A stretch of DNA of 64,000 bases. Origin: Eledone cirrhosa (Eukaryota). The notes below the pieces were generated by a model. That model saw nothing but the letters and a program-made list of their open reading frames with translations. It was not told the origin of the DNA and made no database searches. Shown piece by piece: positions 15,001-30,999 of the stretch (its first letter is position 1; each line of letters opens with the position of its first letter). The stretch is taken from assembly GCA_964016885.1 (NCBI GenBank), contig OZ024744.1, forward strand, positions 110,670,001 to 110,734,000, written 5' to 3'. The position numbers and the translations under genes are program-made.

Positions 15001-18000
15001 CACAATCCACTATAACTTACCTTGCCCTGAACACAGTAAAACCACACAATCCACTATAAATTACCTTGCACTGAACACAGTAAAATTACATGATCCACTA
15101 TAACTTACTTTGCCCTGAAAACAGTAAAACTACACAATCCACTATAAATTACCTTGCTCTGAACAGAGTAAAACTACACAATCCACTATAACTTAACTGG
15201 CCCTGAACACAGTAAAACTACGTAATCCACTAAACCTTACCTTGCCCTGAACACAGTAAAACTACACAATCCACTATAGCTTACATTGCTCTGAACACAG
15301 TAAAACTACACAATCCACTATAAATTACCTTGTTCTGAACACAGTAAAACTACACAATCCACTATACCTTACCTTGCCCTGAACACAGTAAAACTACACA
15401 ATCCACTATAGCTTACCTTGCTCTGAAAACAGTAAAACTACACAATCCACTATAACGTACCTTGCTCTGAACACAGTAAAACTACACGATCCACTATAAC
15501 TTACTTTGCCATGAACACAGTAAAACTACACAATCCACTATAACTTACCTTGCACTGAACACAGTAAAACTACTCAATCCACTATAAATTACCTTGCCCT
15601 GAACACAGTAAAACTACACAATCCACTATAAATTACCTTGCCCTGAACACATTAAAACTACAAAAACCACTATAAATTACCTTGCTCTAAACACAGTAAA
15701 ACTTTATAATCCACTATAACTTAACTGGCCCTGAACACAGTAAAACTACACAATCCACTATAACTTAACTGGCCCTGAACACAGTAAAACTACACAATCC
15801 ACTATAAGTTACCTTGCTCTGAACACAGTAAAACTAAACAATCCACTATAACTTGACTGGCCCTGAACACAGTAAAACTACACAATCCACTATAACTTAC
15901 CTTGCCTTGAACACAGTAAAGCTACACAATCCACTATAACTTACATTGCTCTGAACACAATAAAACTACACAAACCACTATAAATTACCTTGCCCTGAAC
16001 ACAGTAAAACTACACAATCCACTATAAATTACCTTGCCCTGAACACAGTAAAACTACACAATCCACTATAAATTACCTTGCTTTGAACACAGTAAAACTA
16101 CACAATCCACTATAACTTAACTGGCACTGAACTCAGTAAAACTACACAATCCACTATAACTTAACTGGCCCTGAACACACTAAACTACAGAATCCACTAT
16201 AACTTACCTTGATCTGAACAAAGGAAACTATACAATCCACTATAACTGAACTGGCCCTTAACACAGTAAAATTACCCAATCCACTATAACTTAACTGGCC
16301 CTGAACACAATAAAATTACACAATCCACTATAACTTACCTTGCACTGAACACAGTAAAACTACACAATCCACTATAACTTACCTTGCACTGAACACAGTA
16401 AAACTACACAATCCACTATAACTTACCTTGCCATGAACACAGTAAAACTACACAATCCACTATAACTTACCTTGCACTGAACACAGTAAAACTACACAAT
16501 CCACTATAACTTACCTTGCTCTGAACATAGTAAAACTACTCAATCCACTATAACTTACTTTGCCCTGAATACAGTAAAACTACACAATCCACTATACCTT
16601 ACCTTGCTCTGAACCCAGTAGAACTACACAATCCACTATACCTTACCTTGCACTGAACACAGTAAAACTACACAATCCACTATACCTTACCTTGCACTGA
16701 ACACAGTAAAACTACACAATCCACTATAACTTACCTTGCCCTGAACACAGTAAAACTACACAATCCACTATTACTTACTTTGCCCTGAACAGAATAAAAC
16801 TACACGATCCACTATGAATTACCTTGCTCTGAACACAGTAAAACTACACAATCCACTATAACTTACGTTGCCCTGAACACAGTAAAACTACACAATCCAC
16901 TATTACTTACCTTGCCCTGAACACAGTAATACTACACAATCCACTATAACTTACTTTGCCCTGAACACAGTAAAACTACATAATCCACTATAACTTACTC
17001 CACTTGCCCTAAACACAGTAAAACTACACAATCCACTATAACTTATCTTGCACTGAACACAGTAAAACTTCACAATCCACTATAACTTACCTTGCCCTGA
17101 ACACAGTAAAACTACACTATCCACTATAAATTACCTTGCCCTGAACACAGTAAAACTACACAATCCACTATAACTTACTTTGCTCTGAACACAGTACAAC
17201 TAGACAATCCACTATAACTTACATTGCCCTGAACACATTAAAACTACACAAACCACTATAAATTACCTTGCCCTGAACACAGTAATACTACACAATCCAC
17301 TATAACTTAACTGGCCCTGAACACACTAAACTACAGAATCCACCATAACTTACCTTGCTCTGAACAAAGGAAACTACACAATCCACTATAAGTTAACTGG
17401 CCCTGAACACAGTAAAACTACACAATCCACTACAACTTAACTGGCCCTGAACACAGTAAAAGTACACAATCCACTATAAGTTACCTTGCACTGAACACAG
17501 TAAAACTACACAATCCACTATAACTTACCTTGCCCTGAACACAGTAAAACTACACAATCCACTATAACTTACCTTGCCCTGAACACAGTAAAACTACACA
17601 ATCCACTATAATTAACCTTGCCCTGAACACAGTAAAACTACACAATCCACTATAACTTACTTTGCCCTGAACACAGTAAATTTACACAATCCACTATAAA
17701 TTACCTTGCTCTGAACACAGTAAAACTACACAATCCACTATAACTTAACTGGCCCTGAACACAGTAAAACTACACAATCCACTATAACTGAACTGGCCCT
17801 GAACAGAGTAAAACTACACAATCCACTATAACTTAACTGGCCTTGAACACAGTAAAACTACACAATCCACTATAACTTACTTTGCCCTGAACACAGTAAA
17901 GCAACATAATCCACTATAACCTACCTTGCCCTGATCACAGTAAAACTACACAATCCACTATAACTTATCTTGCACTGAACACAGTAAAACTTCACAATCC

Positions 18001-20400
18001 ACTATAACTTACCTTGCCCTGAACACAGTAAAACCACACAATCCACTATAAATTACCTTGCACTGAACACAGTAAAATTACATGATCCACTATAACTTAC
18101 TTTGCCCTGAAAACAGTAAAACTACACAATCCACTATAAATTACCTTGCTCTGAACAGAGTAAAACTACACAATCCACTATAACTTAACTGGCCCTGAAC
18201 ACAGTAAAACTACGTAATCCACTAAACCTTACCTTGCCCTGAACACAGTAAAACTACACAATCCACTATAGCTTACATTGCTCTGAACACAGTAAAACTA
18301 CACAATCCACTATAAATTACCTTGTTCTGAACACAGTAAAACTACACAATCCACTATACCTTACCTTGCCCTGAACACAGTAAAACTACACAATCCACTA
18401 TAGCTTACCTTGCCCTGAAAACAGTAAAACTACACAATCCACTATAACGTACCTTGCTCTGAACACAGTAAAACTACACGATCCACTATAACTTACTTTG
18501 CCATGAACACAGTAAAACTACACAATCCACTATAACTTACCTTGCACTGAACACAGTAAAACTACTCAATCCACTATAAATTACCTTGCCCTGAACACAG
18601 TAAAACTACACAATCCACTATAAATTACCTTGCCCTGAACACATTAAAACTACAAAAACCACTATAAATTACCTTGCTCTAAACACAGTAAAACTTTATA
18701 ATCCACTATAACTTAACTGGCCATGAACACAGTAAAACTACACAATCCACTATAACTTAACTGGCCCTGAACACAGTAAAACTACACAATCCACTATAAG
18801 TTACCTTGCTCTGAACACAGTAAAACTAAACAATCCACTATAACTTGACTGGCCCTGAACACAGTAAAACTACACAATCCACTATAACTTACCTTGCCTT
18901 GAACACAGTAAAGCTACACAATCCACTATAACTTACATTGCTCTGAACACAATAAAACTACACAAACCACTATAAATTACCTTGCCCTGAACACAGTAAA
19001 ACTACACAATCCACTATAAATTACCTTGCCCTGAACACAGTAAAACTACACAATCCACTATAAATTACCTTGCTTTGAACACAGTAAAACTACACAATCC
19101 ACTATAACTTAACTGGCACTGAACTCAGTAAAACTACACAATCCACTATAACTTAACTGGCCCTGAACACACTAAACTACAGAATCCACTACAACTTCCC
19201 TTGATCTGAACAAAGGAAACTATACAATCCACTATAACTGAACTGGCCCTTAACACAGTAAAATTACCCAATCCACTATAACTTAAATGGCCCTGAACAC
19301 AATAAAATTACACAATCCACTATAACTTAACTGGCCCTGAACACAGTAATACTATACAATCCACTATAACTTAACTGGCCCTGAACACACTAAACTACAG
19401 AATCCACCATAACTTACCTTGCTCTGAACAAAGGAAACTACACAATCCACTATAACTTAACTGGCCCTGAACACAGTAAAACTACACAATCCACTACAAC
19501 TTAACTGGCCCTGAACACAGTAACACTACACAATCCACTATAACTCAACTGGCCCTGAACACAGTAAAACTACACGATCCACTATAAGTTACCTTGCTCT
19601 GAACACAGTAAACCTACACAATCCACTATAACTTAACTGGCCCTGAACACAGTAAAACTACACAATCCACTATAACTTACTTTGCCCTGAATACAGTAAA
19701 ACTACACAATCCACTATACCTTACCTTGCTCTGAACCCAGTAGAACTACACAATCCACTATCGATTACCTTGCACTGAACACAGTAAAACTACACAATCT
19801 ACTATAACTTACCTTGCCCTGAACACAGTAAAACTACACAATCCACTATAACTTACCTTGCCCTGAACTCAGTAAAACTACACAATCCACTATTACTTAC
19901 TTTGCCCTGAACAGAGTAAAACTACACGATCCACTATGAATTACCTTGCTCTGAACACAGTAAAACTACACAATCCACTATAACTTACCTTGCCCTGAAC
20001 ACAGTAAAACTACACAATCCACTATTACTTACCTTGCCCTGAACACAGTAATACTACACAATCCACTATAACTTACTTTGCCCTGAACACAGTAAAACTA
20101 CATAATCCACTATAACTTACTCCACTTGCCCTAAACACAGTAAAACTACACAATCCACTATAACTTATCTTGCACTGAACACAGTAAAACTTCACAATCC
20201 ACTATAACTTACCTTGCCCTGAACACAGTAAAACTACACTATCCACTATAAATTACCTTGCCCTGAACACAGTAAAACTACACAATCCACTATAACTTAC
20301 TTTGCCCTGAACACAGTACAGCTAGACAATCCACTATAACTTACATTGCCCTGAACACATTAAAACTACACAAACCACTATAAATTACCTTGCCCTGAAA
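1..20400 (+). repeat. Higher-order repeat domain A: about six near-identical copies of a ~68-89-monomer unit
   Basis: The rare marker GCAACATAATCC recurs at 221, 4136, 7568, 11041, 14909 and 17901 (spacings 3915, 3432, 3473, 3868, 2992), each followed by the same ordered string of variant monomers. The right boundary is approximate. Confidence 0.9.
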
Positions 20401-23400
20401 ACAGTAAAACTACACAATCCACTACAGTTTACCTTGCCCTGAACACAGTAAAACTACACAATGCACTATAAATTACCTTCCCTGAACACAGTAAAACTAC
20501 ACAATCCACTATAACTTACCTTGCACTGAACACAGTAAAACTACACAATCCACTATAACTTAACTGGCCATGAACACAGTAAAACTACACAATCTTCTAT
20601 AACTTAACTGGCCCTGAACACACTAAACTGCAGAATCCACTATAACTTACCTTGCTCTGTACACAGGAAAACTCCACAATCCACTATAACTTCACTGGCC
20701 CTGAACACAGTAAAACTACACAATTCACTATAACTGAACTGGCCCTGAACACAGTAAAACTACACAATCCACTATAAATTACCTTGCTCTGAACACAGTA
20801 AAACTACAGAATCCACTATAACTTACCTTGCCCTGAACACAGTAAAACTACACAATCCACTATAAATTACCTTGCCCCGAACACAGTAAAACTAGACAAT
20901 CCACTATAAATTACCTTGCTCTGAACACAGTAAAACTACACAATCCACTATAACTTAAGTGGCCCTGAACACAGTAAACTACAGAATCCTCTATAACTTA
21001 CCTTGACCAGAACAAAGTAAAACTACGTAATACTATATACCTTACCTTGCCCTGAACACAGTAAAACTACACAATCCACTATACATTACCTGGCCCTGAA
21101 CACAGTAAAACTACACAATCCATTATAAATTACCTTGCTCTTAACACAGTAAAACTACACAATCCACTATAACTTACCTTGCTCTGAACACAGTAAAACT
21201 CCACAATACCCTATAACTTAACTGGCCCTGAACACAGTAAAACTACACAATCACTATAACTTTTTTTGCCCTGAACACAGTAAAACTACACAAACCACTA
21301 TAAATTACCTTGCTCTAAACACAGTAAAACTACACAATCCACTATAACTTAACTGGCCCTGAACACAGGAAAACTACACAATCCACTATAACTTAACTGG
21401 CCCTGAACACACTAAACTACAGAATCCACTATAACTTACCTTGCTCTGAACACAGTAAAACTACACAATCCACTATAACTTAACTGGCCCTGAACACAGG
21501 AAAACTACACAATCCACTATAACTTAACTGGCCCTGAACACACTAAACTACAGAATCCACTATAACTTACCTTGCTCTGAACAAAGGAAACTACACAATC
21601 CACTATAACTTAACTGGCCCTGAAAATAGTAAAACTACACAATCCACTATAACTGAACTGGCCCTGAACACAGTAAAACTACACAATCCACTATAACTTA
21701 ACTGGCCCTGAACACAGTAAAAATACACAATCCACTATAACTTAACTGGCCCTGAACACAGTAATACCACACAATCCACTATAACATATTTTGCCCTGAA
21801 CACAGTAAAACTACACAATCCACTATAACTTACCTTGCACTGAACACAGTAAAACTACACAATCCACTATAACTTACCTTGCACTGAACACAGTAAAACT
21901 ACACAATCCACTATAACTTACCTTGCCATGAACAGAGTAAAACTACACAATCCACTATAACTTACCTTGCGCTGAACACAGTAAAACTACACAATCCACT
22001 ATAACTTACCTTGCTCTGAACACAGTAAAACTACACAATCGACTATAACTTACGTTGCCCTGAATACAGTAAAACTACACAATCCACTATAACTGGCCCT
22101 GAACACAGTAATACCACACAATCCACTATAACTTATTTTGCCCTAAACACAGTAAAACTACATAATCCACTATAACTTACTCCACTTGCCCTAAACACAG
22201 TAAAACTACACAATCCACTAAAACTTACCTTGCCCTGAACACAGTAAAACTTCACAATCCACTAAAACTTACCTTGCCCTGAACACAGTAAAACTACACA
22301 ATCCACTATAGCTTACCCTGCCCTGAAAACAGTAGAACTACACAATCCACTATAAATTACCTTGTTCTGAACACAGTAAAACTACACAATCCACTATAAC
22401 GTACCTGGCTCTGAACACAGTAAAACTACACAATCCACTATAACTTACTTTGCCATGAACACATTAAAACTACAGAATCCACTATAACTTACCTTGCACT
22501 GAACACAGTAAAACTACACAATCCACTATAAATTACCATGCCCTGAACACAGTAATGCTACACAATCCACTATAACTTACTTTGCCCTGAACACATTAAA
22601 TCTACACAAACCACTATAAATTACCTTGCTCTAAACACAGTAAAACTTTATAATCCGCTATAACTTAACTGGCCTGGAACACAGTAAAACTACACAATCC
22701 ACTATAACTTAACTGGCCCTGAACACAGTAAAACTACACAATCCACTATAAGTTACCTTACTCTGAACACAGTAAAACTACACGATCCACTATAACTTAC
22801 CTTGCCTTAAACACAGTAAAACTACACAATCCACTATAACTTACATTGCCCTGAACACAATAAAACTACACAAACCACTATAAATTACCTTGCCCTGAAC
22901 ACAGTAAAACTACACAATCCACTATAAATTACCTTGCCCTGAACACAGTAAAACTACACAATCCACTATAACTTTCTTTGCCCTGAACACAGTAAATCTA
23001 CACAATCCACTATAAATTACCTTGCTTTGAACACAGTAAAACTACACAATCCACTATAACTTAACTGGCCCTGAACACACTAAACTACAGAATCCACTAT
23101 AACTTACCTTGATCTGAACAAAGGAAACTATACAATCCACTATAACTTAACTGGCCCTGAACACAGTAAAACTACACAATCCACTATAACTGAACTGGCC
23201 CTGAACACAGTAAAACTACACAATCCACTATAACTTAACTGGCCCTGAACACAATAAAATTACACAATCCACTATAACTTAACTGGCCCTGAACACAGTA
23301 ATACTACACAATCCACTATAACTTAACTGGCCCTGAACACACTAAACTACAGAATCCACTATAACTTACCTTGATCTGAACAAAGGAAACTATACAATCC

Positions 23401-26400
23401 ACTATAACTTAACTGGCCCTGAACACAGTAAAACTACACAATCCACTATAACTGAACTGGCCCTGAACACAGTAAAACTACACAATCCACTATAACTTAA
23501 CTGGCCCTGAACACAGTAAAACTACACAATCCACTATAACTAAACTGGCCCTGAACACAGTAAAACTACACTATCCACTATAACTTACATTGCCCTGAAC
23601 ACAGTAAACCTACACAAACCATTATAAATTACCTTGCCCTGAACACGGTAAAACTACACAATCCACTATAATTAACCTTGCCCTGAACACAGTAAAACTA
23701 CACAATCCACTATAACTTACTTTGCCCTGAACACAGTAAAACTACACAATCCACTATAACTTAACTGGCCCTGAACACAGTAAAACTACACAATCCACTA
23801 TAACTGAACTGGCCCTGAACACAGTAAAACTACACAATCCACTATAACTTACTTTGCCCTGAAAACAGTAAAACTACACAATCCACTATAACTTAACTGG
23901 CCCTGAACACAGTAAAACTACACAATCCACTATAACTGAACTGGCCCTGAGCACAGTAAAACTACACAATCCACTATAACTTAACTGGCCCTGAACACAG
24001 TAAAACTGCACAATCCACTATAACTTAACTGGCCCTGAACACAGTAATACTACACAATCCACTATAACCTACCTTGCCCTGATCACAGTAATACTACACA
24101 ATCCACTATAACTTACTTTGCCCTGAACACAGTAAAACTACATAATCCACTATAACCTACCTTGCCCCGATCACAGTAAAACTACATAATCCACTATAAC
24201 TTACTTTGCCCTGAACACAGTAAAACTACACAATCCACTATAACTGAACTGGCCCTGAACACAGTAAAACTACACAATCCACTATAACTTACTTTGCCCT
24301 GAAAACAGTAAAACTACACAATCCACTATAACTTAACTGGCCCTGAACACAGTAAAACTACACAATCCACTATAACTGAACTGGCCCTGAGCACAGTAAA
24401 ACTACACAATCCACTATAACTTAACTGGCCCTGAACACAGTAAAACTGCACAATCCACTATAACTTAACTGGCCCTGAACACAGTAATACTACACAATCC
24501 ACTATAACCTACCTTGCCCTGATCACAGTAATACTACACAATCCACTATAACTTACTTTGCCCTGAACACAGTAAAACTACATAATCCACTATAACCTAC
24601 CTTGCCCCGATCACAGTAAAACTACATAATCCACTATAACTTACTCCACTTGCCCTAAACACAGTAAAACTACACAATCCATTATAACTTATCTTGCAGT
24701 GAACACAGTAAAACTTCACAATCCACTATAACTTACCTTGCCCTGAACACAGTAAAACTACACAATCCACTATAAATTACCTTGCCCTGAACACAGTAAA
24801 ATTACACGATCCACTATAACTTACTTTGCCCTGAAAACAGTGAAACTACGCAATCCACTATAAATTACCTTGCTCTGAACAGAGTAAAACTACACAATCC
24901 ACTATAACTTACCTTGCCCTGAACACAGTAAACTACAGAATACACTATAACTTACCTTGCCCAGAACAAAGTAAAACTACGTAATCCACTATACCTTACC
25001 TTGCCCTGAACACAGTAAAACTACACAATCCACTATAGCTTACATTGCTCTGAACATAGTAAAACTACACAATCCACTATAACTTACTTTGCCATGAACA
25101 CAGTAAAACTACACAATCCACTATAAATTACCTTGCCCTGAACACAGTAAAACTACACAATCCACTATAACTTACTTTGCCCTGAACACATTAAAACTAC
25201 ACAAACCACTATAAATTACCTTGCTCTAAACACAGTAAAACTTTATAATCCACTATAACTTAACTGGCCCTGAACACAGTAAAACTACACAATCCACTAT
25301 AACTTAACTGGCCCTGAACACAGGAAAACTACACAATCCACTAGAAGTTACCTTGCTCTGAACACAGTAAAACTACACAATCCACTATAACTTACATTGT
25401 CCTGAACACAATAAAACTACACAAACTACTATAAATTACCTTGCCCTGAACACAGTAAAACTACACAATCCACTATAAATTACCTTGCCCTGAACACAGT
25501 AAAACTACACAATCCACTATAACTTAACTGGCCCTGAACACAATAAAATTACACAATCCACTATAACTTAACTGGCCCTGAACACAGTAATACTACACAA
25601 TCCACTATAACTTAACTGGCCCTGAACACACTAAACTACAGAATCCACTATAACTTACCTTGATCTGAACAAAGGAAACTATACAATCCACTATAACTTA
25701 ACTGGCCCTGAACACAGTAAAACTACACAATCCACTATAACTGAACTGGCCCTGAACACAGTAAAACTACACAATCCACTATAACTTAACTGGCCCTGAA
25801 CACAGTAAAACTACACAATCCACTATAACTAAACTGGCCCTGAACACAGTAAAACTACACTATCCACTATAACTTACATTGCCCTGAACACAGTAAAACT
25901 ACACAAACCACTATAAATTACCTTGCCCTGAACACGGTAAAACTACACAATCCACTATAATTAACCTTGCCCTGAACACAGTAAAACTACACAATCCACT
26001 ATAACTTACTTTGCCCTGAACACAGTAAAACTACACAATCCACTATAACTTAACTGGCCCTGAACACAGTAAAACTACACAATCCACTATAACTGAACTG
26101 GCCCTGAGCACAGTAAAACTACACAATCCACTATAACTTAACTGGCCCTGAACACAGTAAAACTGCACAATCCACTATAACTTAACTGGCCCTGAACACA
26201 GTAATACTACACAATCCACTATAACCTACCTTGCCCTGATCACAGTAATACTACACAATCCACTATAACTTACTTTGCCCTGAACACAGTAAAACTACAT
26301 AATCCACTATAACCTACCTTGCCCCGATCACAGTAAAACTACATAATCCACTATAACTTACTCCACTTGCCCTAAACACAGTAAAACTACACAATCCACT

Positions 26401-29400
26401 ATAACTTATCTTGCAGTGAACACAGTAAAACTTCACAATCCACTATAACTTACCCTGCCCTGAACACAGTAAAACTACACAATCCACTATAAATTACCTT
26501 GCCCTGAACACAGTAAAATTACACGATCCACTATAACTTACTTTGCCATGAACACAGTAAAACTACACAATCCACTTTAAATTACCTTGCCCTGAACACA
26601 GTAAAACTACACAATCCACTATAACTTACTTTGCCCTGAACACATTAAAACTACACAAACCACTATAAATTACCTTGCTCTAAACACAGTAAAACTTTAT
26701 AATCCACTATAACTTAACTGGCCCTGAACACAGTAAAACTACACAATCCACTATAACTTAACTGGCCCTGAACACAGTAAAACTACACAATCCACTATAA
26801 CTTGACTGGCCCTGAACACAGTAAAACTACACAATCCACTATAACTTACATTGTCCTGAACACAATAAAACTACACAAACCACTATAAATTACCTTGCCC
26901 TGAACACAGTAAAACTACACAATCCACTATAAATTACCTTGCCCTGAACACAGTAAAACTACACAATCCACTATAACTTTCTTTGCCCTGAACACAGTAA
27001 ATCTACACAAACCACTATAAATTACCTTGCTCTAAACACAGTAAAACTTTATAATCCACTATAACTTAACTGGCCCGGCACACAGTAAAGCTACACAATC
27101 CACTATAATTTAACTGGCCCTGAACACAGTAAAACTACACAATCCACTATAAGTTACCTTGCTCTGAACACAGTAAAACTACACAATCCTCTATAATTTA
27201 ACTGGCCCTGAACACAGTAAAACTACACAATCCACTATAACTTACATTGCCCTAAACACAATAAAACTACACAAACCACTATAAATTACCTTGCCCTGAA
27301 CACAGTAAAACTACACAATCCACTATAAATTACCTTGCCCTGAACACAGTAAAAGTACACAATCCACTATAACTTTCTTTGCCCTGAACACAGTAAATCT
27401 ACACAATCCACTATAAATTACCTTGCTTTGAACACAGTAAAACTACACAATCCACTATAACTTAACTGGCCCTGAACACACTAAACTACAGAATCCACTA
27501 TAACTTACCTTGATCTGAACAAAGGAAACTATACAATCCACTATAACTTAACTGGCCCTGAACACAGTAAAACTACACAATCCACTATAACTGAACTGGC
27601 CCTGAACACAGTAAAACTACACAATCCACTATAACTTAACTGGCCCTGAACACAATAAAATTACACAATCCACTATAACTTAAATGGCCCTGAACACAGT
27701 AATACTACACAATCCACTATAACTTAACTGGCCCTGAACACACTAAACTACAGAATCCACTATAACTTACCTTGCTCTGAACAAAGGAAACTACACAATC
27801 CACTATAACTTAACTGGCCCTGAACACAATAAAATTACACAATCCACTATAACTTAACTGGCCCTGAACACAGTAATACTACAAAATCCACTATAACTTA
27901 ACTGGCCCTGAACACACTAAACTACAGAATCCACTATAACTTACCTTGCTCTGAACAAAGGAAACTACACAATCCACTATAACTGAACTGGCCCTGAACA
28001 CAGTAAAACTACACAATCCACTATAACTTAACTGGCCCTGAACACAGTAAAACTACACAATCCATTATAATTTACCTTGATCTGAACACAGTAAAACTAC
28101 ACAATTCACTATAACTTAACTGGCCCTGAACACAGTAAAACTACACAATCCACTATAACTTACCTTGCCCTGAACACGGTAAAACTACACAATCCACTAT
28201 AACTTACATTGCCCTGAACACAGTAAAACTACACAAACCACTATAAATTACCTTGATCTGAACACAGTAAAACTACACAATTCACTATAACTTAACTGGC
28301 CCTGAACACAGTAAAACTGCACAAACCACTATGAATTACCTTGCCCTGAACACGGTAAAACAACACAATCCACTATAATTAACCTTGCCCTGAACACAGT
28401 AAAACTACACAATCCACTATAGCTTACCTTGCTCTGAACACAGTAAAACTACACAATGCACTATAACTTAACTGGCTCTGAACACAGTAAAACTACACAA
28501 TCCACTATAACTTAACTGGCCCTGAACACGGTAAAACTACACAATCCACTATAATTAACCTTGCCCTGAACACAGTAAAACGACACAATCCACTATAACT
28601 TACCTTGCCCTGAATACAGTAAAACTACACAATCCACTATAACTGAACTGGCCCTGAACACAGTAAAACTACACAATCCACTATAACTTAACTGGCCCTG
28701 AACACAGTAAATCTACACAATCCACTATAACTCAACTGGCCCTGAACACAGTAAAACTACACAATCCACTATAACTTAACTGGCCCTGAACACAGTAAAA
28801 CTGCACAATCCACTATAACTTAACTGGCCCTGAACACGGCAATACTACACAATCCACTATAAGTTACCTTGCTCTGAACACAGTAAAACTACACAATCCA
28901 CTATAATTTAACTGGCCCTGAACACAGTAATACTACACAATCCACTATAACTTAACTGGCCCTGAACACACTAAACTACAGAATCCACCATAACTTACCT
29001 TGCTCTGAACAAAGGAAACTACACAATCCACTATAACTTAACTGGCCCTGAACACAGTAAAACTACACAATCCACTACAACTTAACTGGCCCTGAACACA
29101 GTAAAACTACACAATCCACTATAACTCAACTGGCCCTGAACACAGTAAAACTACACGATCCACTATAAGTTACCTTGCTCTGAACACAGTAAAACTACAC
29201 AATCCACTATAACTTAACTGGCCCTGAACACAGTAAAACTACACCATCCACTATAACTTACCCTGCCCTGAACACAGTAAAACTACTCAATCCACTATAA
29301 CTTACCTTGCACTGAACACAGTAAAACAACACAATCCACTATAACTTACCTTGCACTGAACACAGTAAAACTACACAATCCACTATAACTTACTTTGCCC

Positions 29401-30999
29401 TGAATACAGTAAAACTACACAATCCACTATACCTTACCTTGCTCTGGACCCACTAGAACTACACAATCCACTATACCTTACCTTGCACTGAACACAGTAA
29501 AACTACACAATCTACTATAACTTACCTTGCCCTGAACACAGTAAAACTACACAATCCACTATAACTTACCTTGCCCTGAACTCAGTAAAACTACACAATC
29601 CACTATTACTTACTTTGCCCTGAACAGAGTAAAACTACAAGATCCACTATAAATTACCTTGCTCTGAACACAGTAAAACTACACAATCCACTATAACTTA
29701 CCATGCTCTGAACACAGTCAAACTACACAATCCACTATAACTTACCTTGCCCTGAACACAGTAATACTACACAATCCACTATAACTTACTTTGCCCTGAA
29801 CACAGTAAATCTACATAATCCACTATAACTTACTCCACTTGCCCTAAACACAGTAAAACTACACGATCCACTATAACTTATCTTGCACTGAACACAGTAA
29901 AACTTCACAAACCACTATAACTTACCTTGCCCTGAACACAGTAAAACTACACTATCCACTATAAATTACCTTGCCCTGAACACAATAAAACTACACAATC
30001 CACTATAACTTACTTTGCCCTGAACACAGTAAAACTAGACGACCCACTATAACTTACATTGCCCTGAACACATTAAAACTACACAAACCACTATAAATTA
30101 CCTTGCCCTGAACACAGTAAAACTACACAATCCACTACAGTTTACCTTGCCCTGAACACAGTAAAACTACACAATCCACTATAACTTACCTTGCACTGAA
30201 CACAGTAATACTACACAATCCACTATAACTTACCTTGCCCTGAACAGAGTAATACTACACAATCCACTATAACATACTTTGCCCTGAACACATTAAAACT
30301 ACACAAACCACTATAACTTACCTTGCCCTGAACACAGTAAAACTACACAATCCACTATAACATACTTTGCCCTGAACACAGTAAAACTCCATAATCCACT
30401 ATAACTTACCTTGCCCTGAACACAGTAAAACTACACAATACACTATAACTTAACTGGCCCTGAACACAGTAAAACTACACAATCCACTATAAGTTACCTT
30501 GCTCTGAACACAGTAAAACTAGACAATCCACTATAACTTACCTTGCCCTGAACACAGTAAAACTACACAATCCACTATAAATTACCTTGCTCTAAACACA
30601 GTAAAGCTAGACAATCCACTATAACTTACCTTGCGCTGAACACAGTAAAACTACACAATCCACTATAACTTAACTGGCCCTGAACACAGGAAAACTACAC
30701 AATCCACTATAACTTAACCGGCCCTGAACACACTAAACTACAGAATCCACTATAACTTAACTGGCCCTGAACACAGTAAAACTACACAATCCACTATAAC
30801 TTAACTGGCCCTGAACAAAGTAAAACTACACAATCCACTATAACTTAACTGGCCCTGAACACAGTAAAAATACACAATCCACTATAACTTAACTGGCCCT
30901 GAACACAGTAAAACTACACAATCCACTATAATTTATTTTGCCCTAAACACAGTAAAACTACATAATCCACTATAACCTAACTTGCCCTGATCACAGTAA

